Of a DNA stretch of 64,000 bases, positions 8,435 through 16,250 are shown piece by piece. Each line of letters starts with the position of its first letter. Positions within the stretch are counted from its first letter, which is position 1. The stretch is from a bacterium (GTDB lineage Bacteria > Patescibacteriota > Patescibacteriia > Patescibacteriales > UBA12075), in NCBI GenBank assembly GCA_043820875.1, contig JBDRDI010000034.1, forward strand, positions 11,318 through 75,317. The letters are read 5' to 3'. The position numbers were made by a program, and so were the translations under genes. The notes under the pieces are model-generated. The model made no database searches, was not told the DNA's origin, and saw only the letters and a program-made list of their open reading frames with translations.

Positions 8435-8467
8435 TAATATAGATTAATAATTAATTAAAAGAGTCCT

Positions 8468-8740
8468 ATGACAAATGAAAAAAAAGGATCCTCTAATCGG
8501 GGCAAAGAATTAACAATTATTGTAAACGGTCGGGAAAAGATCGTAACAAGTAACGAGCTTTCGTTCGTCCATGTTGTTGAATTGGCTTTTGGTGTTATTC
8601 CGACCAATCCGAACACTATTTATACAGTGACCTACAAAAGAGGACACGGGAATAAGCCCGAGGGCATGATGGTTGACGGGGATGTAATTAAAATTAAAGA
8701 TGGAATGATTTTTAATGTCACAGCAACTGATAAATCATAG
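8468..8740 (+). CDS. Small ubiquitin-like (beta-grasp, multiubiquitin-type) protein candidate
   Basis: 90 aa. ELTIIVNGREKIV...YTVTYKRG...[18 protein letters not shown] resembles, from memory, Ubl proteins encoded next to prokaryotic E1-like genes. It overlaps the next gene by 26 nt. Confidence 0.55.
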   Translation: MTNEKKGSSNRGKELTIIVNGREKIVTSNELSFVHVVELAFGVIPTNPNTIYTVTYKRGHGNKPEGMMVDGDVIKIKDGMIFNVTATDKS

Positions 8741-9890
8741 CCCCGATCTCAAAAAGCTTAGAGATGAAGGTTTTGAAGTAAAAATTAAATCTGGTTATTT
8801 GTTGATAAGCGGTGTTCCATATTTGAATTTTAATAAAGAAATAAAAAATGGAATTCTAGTATCTAAATTAGCCTTAACAGGGGATAAGACAATAAAGCCT
8901 GATACCCATGTTGTTTTTTTTGTTGGCGAATATCCATGTCATAAAAATGGTTTAGAAATAGAACAAATTAGACATGACAGTCGTGAGCAGACACTTGTCG
9001 AGGATTTGATAATTAATCATTCTTTTTCTAACAAGCCGCGTGATGGATATACAGATTATTATGAAAAAATGAGTAGATACGTTGATATAATTTCTGCCCC
9101 GGCTCAAACGATAGATAGCTCTGTCACGGCAAAAACTTTTAAAATTATTGAATCTGATGATGAGGAATTCGTGTTTCATTATATTGATACTAATTCAAGC
9201 CGGGCAGAAATTATGTTTATATCTGATAAACTAAAAAATCAAAAAATTGGAATAGTCGGACTTGGGGGCACAGGTTCTTATATTTTGGATTTTATTTCTA
9301 AAACTCCTATAAAGGAAATTCACCTTTTCGATGGAGACATCTTCGCACAACACAACGCATTTCGCGCGCCGGGTGCTGCCTCGAAAGAAAAATTGAGCCA
9401 AAACATTTCCAAAATTCAATATTTGAAAGAAGTCTATTCGAATATGCATAAAAATATTGTTCTGCACCCAGGATATCTTAATCAAGAAAATATCAATCTA
9501 TTGCCTGGTTTAGATTTTTTCTTTATTTGCATTGATAAGGGTGAAATTAAAGAAGAAATTTTTAATCGACTAATTGATCAAAAAATTCCCTTCATTGATA
9601 CTGGAATGGGTATAGAAATCGTTGGAGATAAATTAATAGGGATTGTCCGAGCCACGTTAAGCAAAGAAAACCGAAGAGATCACATAGCTAAAAGGGTATC
9701 CTTTTTTGATCGAAAAGACGAAAACTATTCAAACAATATTCAAATCGCCGAACTTAATGCACTCAACGCTGCGTTAGCAGTGATAAAATGGAAAAAGCTA
9801 AATGGACTTTATAATGATCAAGAAAAGGAATGTCATAACACATATACTATCGATTTAAATATGTTATTAAGTGACGACCATGAAACATAA
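8715..9890 (+). CDS. ThiF/E1-like adenylyltransferase with an N-terminal Cys-containing (possibly E2-like) domain
   Basis: Rossmann/adenylation motifs [16 protein letters not shown] and [17 protein letters not shown]. The ~170-aa N-terminal domain carries GEYPCHKNG. Confidence 0.8.
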   Translation: MSQQLINHSPDLKKLRDEGFEVKIKSGYLLISGVPYLNFNKEIKNGILVSKLALTGDKTIKPDTHVVFFVGEYPCHKNGLEIEQIRHDSREQTLVEDLIINHSFSNKPRDGYTDYYEKMSRYVDIISAPAQTIDSSVTAKTFKIIESDDEEFVFHYIDTNSSRAEIMFISDKLKNQKIGIVGLGGTGSYILDFISKTPIKEIHLFDGDIFAQHNAFRAPGAASKEKLSQNISKIQYLKEVYSNMHKNIVLHPGYLNQENINLLPGLDFFFICIDKGEIKEEIFNRLIDQKIPFIDTGMGIEIVGDKLIGIVRATLSKENRRDHIAKRVSFFDRKDENYSNNIQIAELNALNAALAVIKWKKLNGLYNDQEKECHNTYTIDLNMLLSDDHET

Positions 9891-10248
9891 ATTTGTAAAA
9901 AATATACCCGAATTTTTGGAAGATGGTATTATTTATATATCCATTGATTACAGTACGGTCGCGCATAAATGTTGTTGTGGGTGTGGCAATGAAATAATTA
10001 CACCGCTTTCCCCGACGGATTGGCAACTGATTTTTGATGGCGAAACAATTTCTTTGTACCCGTCAATCGGGAATTGGAACTTACTATGTAAATCCCATTA
10101 CTGGATAACAAATAACAGAATTGAATGGAGCAAAAAATGGACGGATAAAAAAATTTACGAAGGCAGACATTTGGATAATCTTAATAAAAAAAGACATTAC
10201 AACAAAAGACAAGAAAATAAAAAAATGTTTTGGCGTTGGTGGAAATGA
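9871..10248 (+). CDS. Cys-rich zinc-ribbon-like protein (DUF6527-like partner of E1/Ubl operons)
   Basis: 125 aa. [56 protein letters not shown]. It overlaps the E1-like gene by 20 nt. The family assignment is from memory. Confidence 0.6.
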   Translation: MTTMKHKFVKNIPEFLEDGIIYISIDYSTVAHKCCCGCGNEIITPLSPTDWQLIFDGETISLYPSIGNWNLLCKSHYWITNNRIEWSKKWTDKKIYEGRHLDNLNKKRHYNKRQENKKMFWRWWK

Positions 10249-10254
10249 ATTTTG

Positions 10255-10282
10255 TTGACTAAACTTATTTAAGTGGTAAAAT
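10255..10282 (+). promoter_or_regulatory. Promoter candidate for the RelA/SpoT gene
   Basis: TTGACT (10255-10260), 16 nt, then an extended -10 TGgTAAAAT (-10 hexamer at 10277-10282). Confidence 0.4.
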
Positions 10283-10351
10283 AAAATTGGAACATTTATG
10301 TTTTAAAATAGCCCTATCTTGCAGCTATGTTTATAAAATTTATTTAAATAT

Positions 10352-11386
10352 ATGTCATTAATTAATAAATACGATTTTTTAAAAAAATATAATATTGATG
10401 AAAATAAATATAAGAAGGCAACTATTAGTTGGGATGATTTGGTAAACATATTTAATAATTACGAAATAACAAAAAATGATTTTGATCCAATTGCTCAATT
10501 TATTGTTAGCAAATTAAGAAAAGTAGAAAAAGTTCATTTTGCTCAATATAGAATCAAAAATTCAGAGCATTTAATAGAAAAGATAATTAGAAAAAAAATC
10601 GAGAAAAGTTGTGATATAAAAGTTGATAATTATAAAGAAAAAATTACTGACTTGATAGGTGTTAGAATTTTGCATCTTTTTAAAGAGGATTGGAACAAAA
10701 TTCATAAATTTATAATAGATGAGTTTGATCTATTGGGAAAACCAACTGCTTATGTAAGAAAAGGTGACGAGGAAAAATATATTGAACATTTCAAACAAAA
10801 TAATTGTGATATTGAAGAACATAAATTAGGTTATAGGTCTGTACATTATCTTATAAAATCCGCGTTATCAAAAAAACAATATATTACGGAAATACAGGTG
10901 AGGACTATATTCGAAGAAGGTTGGAGCGAAATAGATCATAAAATAAGATATCCTTATAATAAAAACAACATTATTCTTGAAAAATTTTTAACTATTCTTA
11001 ATAGGTTTGCAGGCAACGCCGACGAAATGGCTTCATTTATAAGTTTTCTTCAACGAGATCTTGATAAAAATAAAGCAATTATCCAAAAATTGAAACATGA
11101 AATAGACGAATTAAAAATTGACCACGAGAAAAAGAAAGAAATAAAAGAAAATATAGATAATGTAAGCGGCCTATATGCCAGTGCGTCTATTCTTTCAAAG
11201 TATTCGGGGCTAGTAGTAGCTGTGAAAGAAGCAAGCAATGTAATTAGCCATTCGGGATTATTAGAAGCAACAAAAATTGCACAACAGGTGGTCGGAAATA
11301 CAGAAGCTTTAACGGCGGCAAAAAATGTACAGCAAGTAACCAAGAGTTTGGGGGCTGTAAGACCAGTAATTGATGAGAATAATTAA
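10352..11386 (+). CDS. RelA/SpoT-domain nucleotidyltransferase (small alarmone synthetase / toxSAS-like) with a C-terminal coiled-coil and Ala-rich extension
   Basis: DLIGVRILHLFKEDW, GYRSVHYLIKS and EIQVRTIFEEGWSEIDHKIRYP are the RelA_SpoT synthetase core. No hydrolase, TGS or ACT domains. Confidence 0.85.
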   Translation: MSLINKYDFLKKYNIDENKYKKATISWDDLVNIFNNYEITKNDFDPIAQFIVSKLRKVEKVHFAQYRIKNSEHLIEKIIRKKIEKSCDIKVDNYKEKITDLIGVRILHLFKEDWNKIHKFIIDEFDLLGKPTAYVRKGDEEKYIEHFKQNNCDIEEHKLGYRSVHYLIKSALSKKQYITEIQVRTIFEEGWSEIDHKIRYPYNKNNIILEKFLTILNRFAGNADEMASFISFLQRDLDKNKAIIQKLKHEIDELKIDHEKKKEIKENIDNVSGLYASASILSKYSGLVVAVKEASNVISHSGLLEATKIAQQVVGNTEALTAAKNVQQVTKSLGAVRPVIDENN

Positions 11387-11425
11387 TAAAAATTGGACTC
11401 TCTTAACACTCCCACAATAACAATC

Positions 11426-11458
11426 CATAATAACCCTATCCGACATTAAATTTATAAT
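11426..11458 (+). repeat. Direct repeat copy A (core of a ~65-nt repeat)
   Basis: cataataaccctatccgacattaaatttataat. Similarity to copy B extends roughly over 11411-11477. Confidence 0.65.
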
Positions 11459-11526
11459 ATCATTTATGCAAAGAGTTCTTAATTATTGGCGGAAAATGGA
11501 GTAAAATAAATTTATAATAAAAAAAT

Positions 11527-12366
11527 ATGGACAATAAACAAAAAGAAAAACTAATAAATGATTATTTAAAAACACACTTTGAGGAAATGTTGATTAAGGA
11601 CATAGAAATGATCAAAGAAGCAAATTTAAAATTTACATTCCCTTATATCCTCTTAGTTGTTTCGGGCATAGATTTTTTAGGAGGATTGGAATTGGGATTT
11701 TATAAAATATCTAGCAATAAGGAAATTGGTAATTCTAGAGAACGATCGTGCTATTTCATTGAAAAATATATGGGCAAATTTAATGATTTATATAAAGATA
11801 GTCGAATCAGCAATATTCTTTACAGATCTATGCGTTGTGGTGCTTCACATCAAGCGATGTACGGTCAAGAAATTGAGAGCTCAAATTGGTTGTATCCCAA
11901 AGATAAACATTTAAATCATATGATAGATTTTAAAAAGAAAGACAGAATTTATATACATGCCCTTCAGTTAGCAAATGACTTCAAAGAAGCTTATAAGATA
12001 TTTAAAAAAGATTTTATCAAAATGAGCCCAAGTATAGCCTATGATAATTTAGGGCATATAATAACCAAGGCAGAAGTTGATAGCTTTCAAGAATTGTTAA
12101 AAGAATTAAAAAAGAGAGGGCTTAGTTTTGATGCTAAGACAGAAGCTGAAGCTAATCCACAGGTTAACAGAATAGACGTCGATACAGGAAGAGTTTTTTA
12201 TAATGAGGTACTAGAAACCACCGTGACAGCATTACATGAAGAGGATGATTCAAAACCAGAGGCTTCTGCGTTGCCTTCATCTTCACCTATTATTACGTCA
12301 ACGCGAACTTCATCATTGGGGATTGAGCCTGATGGTTTTATAGTTAAGAATGCTGACGATGAATAA
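11527..12366 (+). CDS. Hypothetical protein (orphan, with a disordered acidic/Ser-rich tail)
   Basis: 279-aa ORF bracketed by the direct repeats. No recognisable domain. Confidence 0.6.
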   Translation: MDNKQKEKLINDYLKTHFEEMLIKDIEMIKEANLKFTFPYILLVVSGIDFLGGLELGFYKISSNKEIGNSRERSCYFIEKYMGKFNDLYKDSRISNILYRSMRCGASHQAMYGQEIESSNWLYPKDKHLNHMIDFKKKDRIYIHALQLANDFKEAYKIFKKDFIKMSPSIAYDNLGHIITKAEVDSFQELLKELKKRGLSFDAKTEAEANPQVNRIDVDTGRVFYNEVLETTVTALHEEDDSKPEASALPSSSPIITSTRTSSLGIEPDGFIVKNADDE

Positions 12367-12424
12367 GAAAAAAGTACTATTTTATATAGCCCAAAATAGT
12401 ATTGATTTTATCACCAACTATCCT

Positions 12425-12457
12425 CATGATAACCCTATCCGACATCAAACTTATAAT
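12425..12457 (+). repeat. Direct repeat copy B
   Basis: catgataaccctatccgacatcaaacttataat has 30 of 33 nt identical to copy A. Similarity extends roughly over 12411-12475. Confidence 0.65.
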
Positions 12458-12512
12458 TTTATGCCACAAAGGACCCACCCACAAAATTAAAAAAGTATGC
12501 TAAAATAATAAT

Positions 12513-12932
12513 ATGAAAAAAATTATTCAAATTTTATCAGTAATTATTTTAATTTCAATTTTGTCTTTGATAGTTGTTTTTGTTTTTAATCCGTTTGGTT
12601 CGCGAGAAAAATTAATCGGAAGCATTATTAATAGTTATTTAAGCAGTACTATTGAAAGTTATACTCCATTAGAAAATTCTATTGGTACAACAACCAATAA
12701 TTCCGAAGTCGGAACATTATCCGCGGATAAACATCCGTTATTGAATGAAGATCAAGAAAAAAAATTGGAAAGTCTTGGAGTTAATATTGAACAACTCCCT
12801 TCAAGCATCACTCCTATCATGGAAGAATGTTTTGTTGAAAAACTTGGGAGAGAAAGAGCCGATCAAATAGCAAAAGGTGATACCCCTAGCGCCATCGAAT
12901 TTTTTAAAGCCAAAGATTGCATTGGAAAATAA
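12513..12932 (+). CDS. Hypothetical membrane-anchored/secreted protein
   Basis: 139 aa with an N-terminal hydrophobic helix IIQILSVIILISILSLIVVFVF. Confidence 0.5.
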   Translation: MKKIIQILSVIILISILSLIVVFVFNPFGSREKLIGSIINSYLSSTIESYTPLENSIGTTTNNSEVGTLSADKHPLLNEDQEKKLESLGVNIEQLPSSITPIMEECFVEKLGRERADQIAKGDTPSAIEFFKAKDCIGK

Positions 12933-13126
12933 AATAATATATTATTCGGAATTTTATCCAACCCGCTCGGCGCCATGCTGGAGTGGATTTATTTTTTATT
13001 TTTTGTCCGTTTTTTTGAAAATTATAATGACAAAACAAAAAAAATTTGTTATAATTTAATATAGTGGATAAGTACATACTAAAATTAGTAAGGCAATTTA
13101 TAGCTTTACTATTTAAAATATTTTTT

Positions 13127-13183
13127 ATGGTTGCAAAAAAGAAAGCTGCAAAGAAGAAAGCCGCAAAGAAGAAAAAAAAATAG
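13127..13183 (+). CDS. Lys/Ala-rich micro-ORF (18 aa, MVAKKKAAKKKAAKKKKK)
   Basis: An extended -10 TGtTATAAT at ~13046-13054 lies upstream. An 11-bp perfect hairpin follows at 13202-13237. Below the ORF-track size cut-off. Confidence 0.3.
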   Translation: MVAKKKAAKKKAAKKKKK

Positions 13184-13300
13184 CGGTTAATTCTTTCACA
13201 AATCAAAAGCGCTGAATTATATTTGGCGCTTTTGATTTATTCAAATGCAAAACCTTCGGATTGAGCAGGGGCTTTTTTAAAATATGTTATACTATAACAC

Positions 13301-13603
13301 ATGGGTTATTTATACAAAACAACCGAATTGCCGGATAAAACCATTATAGAAATGAGAACAAAAAATGTTTATATTTTTTCTGCGCTTGTTTTTTTGTCAT
13401 TAATTCCGGCAATCTTTATAGTCACGACTTATTTTCCCAATGACGTAAATCTTTTTAGAATTTATTATGTGTCGTTAATAATTATCATTTATGCGATTCT
13501 TGATGGCAAAGCATTTTGGAAAATATTATTTCAAAAACATAAAACCCATGAAGGCTCGGTGTTTAGTTTTAAAAATCCTATTAAATATATAATAAAAAAA
13601 TAA
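13301..13603 (+). CDS. Hypothetical small membrane protein
   Basis: 100 aa with two predicted hydrophobic helices. Confidence 0.5.
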   Translation: MGYLYKTTELPDKTIIEMRTKNVYIFSALVFLSLIPAIFIVTTYFPNDVNLFRIYYVSLIIIIYAILDGKAFWKILFQKHKTHEGSVFSFKNPIKYIIKK

Positions 13604-13607
13604 TATC

Positions 13608-13811
13608 ATGAAAAACAACAAATCATTATTTTTAAAAATAAAATGGTGGCACACATTGGTAATTGCTTTAATTTTTGCTGTTGCCTATATCAGCGTAGAT
13701 GATAACAACATTGTTTCTGATAATGTGCAAAGTACTTTCTATATCATATTTTGGCTGAGCATTCTGTCCACCATTGTTTTGGCAAGCAGAAGAAAAAAAA
13801 TAAAAAATTAA
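13608..13811 (+). CDS. Hypothetical small membrane protein
   Basis: 67 aa with two hydrophobic helices, 4 nt after the preceding gene. Confidence 0.5.
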   Translation: MKNNKSLFLKIKWWHTLVIALIFAVAYISVDDNNIVSDNVQSTFYIIFWLSILSTIVLASRRKKIKN

Positions 13812-13820
13812 GACAAAAAA

Positions 13821-13857
13821 GGCCCGCCAGCTATATTCAACCGGCGGGATTTTTTTT
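13821..13857 (+). terminator. Intrinsic terminator
   Basis: cccgcc...ggcggg stem followed by T8. Confidence 0.7.
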
Positions 13858-13906
13858 GAGATAGGCAGAATCTGCCCATGGAAATATTAACGCGCTAAAA
13901 AAATAG

Positions 13907-14128
13907 TCACAATATCTCCATTTTTTGCATTGCCACGTTTTCGCAGTAAGGACACAACAACGATATTTCTTTTATTTTTGGCGTCAGAAATTTTTTTTCT
14001 TGACGTAGATAAAACGATCTAGAGAAGATTGCCCCGCACTTCGGACATTTTTTAGGCTTTTTTGTCCAGAAGTTTATCAAAACAATCACAAAAAATATTA
14101 ACGCTCCGAAAATATAAAGAACATGCAT
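13907..14128 (-). CDS. Small membrane-anchored zinc-ribbon protein
   Basis: N-terminal TM helix, then CPKCG...CPYC. Confidence 0.45.
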   Translation of the reverse strand: MHVLYIFGALIFFVIVLINFWTKKPKKCPKCGAIFSRSFYLRQEKKFLTPKIKEISLLCPYCENVAMQKMEIL

Positions 14129-14253
14129 GTTTCAAACCCCCTCGTGAATCTTGAGTAATAGTGTTTGTATAATAACAAAAATAAACAGTTTGTCAAGTTA
14201 AAGCCTTGTTTGCTGGCGTGCGCAACGTTATTATAGTAAGATGGTAATATAAT

Positions 14254-14835
14254 ATGATAGAAATTTTTATACATTATTTAACAATATGGCGGCCGCTGGG
14301 ATATGCCTTGGTGTTTTTCAGCATGATGTTTGAGGGCGATCTTACTCTTTTGGTTATTTCTTTTTTGGCCAGAATGAAATTTTTTGATTTTTTTGACGTG
14401 GTCGGTTTTGTTTTTGCCGGAACGGTTGTTGGTGATTGTTTTTGGTTTTGGTTGGGCAGAAAGGGGAGTGTTTCTCAAATGACGGTGGTTAAGTGGCTTT
14501 TTGAAAAAGTGAAGTTTATAAATATTGATTTTGAAAATTATTTTTTTATTAAATTATTTTTTTCAAAATTTATGTATGGCACGCACCATATTGCGGTGGC
14601 GACTGTCGGCGCTTCAAAAATTTCTTTTAAAAAATATATATTAAATGAATTACCGGCAGTCGCGCTTTGGATGACAATAATCGGCGGATTCGGATATTTT
14701 TTAGCTTTTTCATATCAATATATTTGGCAACGGTTGAAATACGTTGAGATTATTTTGTTTTTGGTGATTTTTATATATTTTATAGCTAATAAAATTTATC
14801 AGAAATTTTTCAGAGATAACAAAAACCGCCCATAG
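14254..14835 (+). CDS. DedA/VTT-domain family membrane protein
   Basis: 193 aa, multi-TM. N-terminal LGYALVFFSMMFEGDLTLLV and WFWLGRKG are typical of DedA-like proteins. Confidence 0.6.
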   Translation: MIEIFIHYLTIWRPLGYALVFFSMMFEGDLTLLVISFLARMKFFDFFDVVGFVFAGTVVGDCFWFWLGRKGSVSQMTVVKWLFEKVKFINIDFENYFFIKLFFSKFMYGTHHIAVATVGASKISFKKYILNELPAVALWMTIIGGFGYFLAFSYQYIWQRLKYVEIILFLVIFIYFIANKIYQKFFRDNKNRP

Positions 14836-14846
14836 GGCGGTTTTTG
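14821..14846 (+). terminator. Intrinsic terminator overlapping the stop codon
   Basis: aaccgccc/gggcggtt stem followed by T5. The TAG stop sits in the loop. Confidence 0.7.
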
Positions 14847-14901
14847 ATTGAGAAATATATTAAATTGATAATGAATTATCTAGATAATATGACTTCTTAG
14901 C

Positions 14902-15066
14902 TTAGAAACGTCTCGGACGATTCTGCATTTTTTGCCTGTGGCAATCTCTGCAAAAAAGAGGTCTGTCTCCGCTGGGTTCAAACGGGAGTTCGGTGATTTC
15001 CGCTCCGCATTGAGAACATGTCCAGCTGCCTTTAAACATCTGGCGATCATCATTTTGATTTTCCAT
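14902..15066 (-). CDS. CxxC...CxxC zinc-ribbon protein (resembles the CxxC-x17-CxxC family)
   Basis: MENQNDDRQMFKGSWTCSQCGAEITELPFEPSGDRPLFCRDCH. The longer ORF-track start at 15147 adds an implausible hydrophobic leader. Confidence 0.65.
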   Translation of the reverse strand: MENQNDDRQMFKGSWTCSQCGAEITELPFEPSGDRPLFCRDCHRQKMQNRPRRF

Positions 15067-15230
15067 TTTGATTGGATTGTACTTACGCGCATAAAAATGC
15101 TCGTAAATAATTATTGAATTATACATACAGTATAGCAGTTGGCACATCTTTTGTCAATAGCTGCGAATATTTCCGATAAATTATGAAGTGGTGTATAATA
15201 AATATATGCTTAATTATTAAAAGTTATTTT

Positions 15231-15752
15231 ATGAAAATTTTTGTTTGCCAAATATGTGGCGAGGTGTATATTGGGAGAGAAACGCCGCATTCTTGTCCTT
15301 TTTGTGGGGTGAGAAAAGAGAATTTACGCATGGCCGACGGGTGGGAAGACAGAAACAATGTCAGCTTGAACGAAGTTGATGAAAAAAACGTTAAAGACGC
15401 GCTTGCTTTGGAAATGTCCAATACTGCTTTTTATCAGCAGGCTTCAAAAAAATTATCCAATCAAGAAGCGGTTTTAATGTTTAAGGGTCTTTTTAAGGTG
15501 GAACGAGAACACGCCAGTATTTATAAAAAATTATTAAAACTGGAAGAAACGCCAATGCTGACAGAAGATTGTCCTGATAGCGCGAGAGAATGCGCTCTGG
15601 AATCTTCAAAAAGAGAAAAAAGAGCAGTGGAATTTTATGCGCAAGCCGCGGCTGTGGCGGAAAACAGCCGAGTGAAAGAAGTTTTTACGGAAATTATGAA
15701 AGTGGAAAGTGATCACGTGGCGCTGGACGAGGAAATGATAAAAAAGTTTTAA
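15231..15752 (+). CDS. Rubrerythrin-like protein (N-terminal rubredoxin-like CxxC pair plus ferritin-like domain)
   Basis: MKIFVCQICGEVY...HSCPFCG, then E..H-type helices (EREHASIY, VESDHVAL). Start chosen at the internal Met. Confidence 0.75.
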   Translation: MKIFVCQICGEVYIGRETPHSCPFCGVRKENLRMADGWEDRNNVSLNEVDEKNVKDALALEMSNTAFYQQASKKLSNQEAVLMFKGLFKVEREHASIYKKLLKLEETPMLTEDCPDSARECALESSKREKRAVEFYAQAAAVAENSRVKEVFTEIMKVESDHVALDEEMIKKF

Positions 15753-15779
15753 CATAATTTAAATCTATAAAAATATTAT

Positions 15780-16187
15780 ATGACTACAAAAAATCAAATT
15801 TATAAATGCATGGTTTGTGGAAATATCACAGAAGTTTTACACGTTGGCGTCGGAGAATTGGTTTGTTGCGGACAGCCAATGACTCTGCAATCAGAAAAAA
15901 TAAATGACGAGGGTCAAGAAAAACATTTGCCGGTCGTGGAAAGTATGCCTCAAGATGTTTGTCGAGGAGGAGACGGATATATTGTAAAGATTGGCGCGGA
16001 CGCGCATCCGATGGATGAAGATCATCATATTGAATGGGTGGAAATAAAAACCAAAGGAGGCAAGGTCGGCAAAAGATATTTGCAACCGGACGAAAAACCG
16101 GAAACAGAATTTCACACCCGAGAAGATGTTCTGCAATTTCGTGCTTATTGCAACGTGCATGGGTTGTGGAAGAAAGCTGTTAAATAA
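15780..16187 (+). CDS. dfx: Desulfoferrodoxin (2Fe superoxide reductase)
   Basis: Desulforedoxin-like N-terminus YKCMVCGNITEVL...VCCGQPM. SOR core EKHLPVV, HPMDEDHHIEW, CNVHGLW. Confidence 0.85.
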   Translation: MTTKNQIYKCMVCGNITEVLHVGVGELVCCGQPMTLQSEKINDEGQEKHLPVVESMPQDVCRGGDGYIVKIGADAHPMDEDHHIEWVEIKTKGGKVGKRYLQPDEKPETEFHTREDVLQFRAYCNVHGLWKKAVK

Positions 16188-16250
16188 AATTTAATAATAT
16201 GCCAGAATTGTCGGAAGTGGAAATAATTAAATAAATAATTTTTATATTTT

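Larger units (their letters stand above)
1..12500. mobile_element. Accessory/defence island with plasmid- or phage-derived replication genes. The left boundary is outside the window and the right boundary is approximate.
   Basis: The region clusters a Rep-like gene, SpoVG, a TA-like pair, an R-M system, a Ubl/E1 cassette, a RelA/SpoT enzyme and orphan genes. It is visibly more AT-rich than the housekeeping part. No integrase or clear att site was seen in the window. Confidence 0.4.

Noticed and set aside
12904-13206. 100-aa minus-strand ORF (…FFFFFAAFFFAAFFFA…)
   Set aside because: It is the antisense reading of the Lys/Ala micro-ORF and AT-rich intergenic DNA, with no start context.
15231-16187. 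Rubrerythrin-like plus desulfoferrodoxin pair (with the nearby CxxC protein) as something unusual
   Set aside because: This is an ordinary oxidative-stress toolkit of anaerobes and needs no special explanation.
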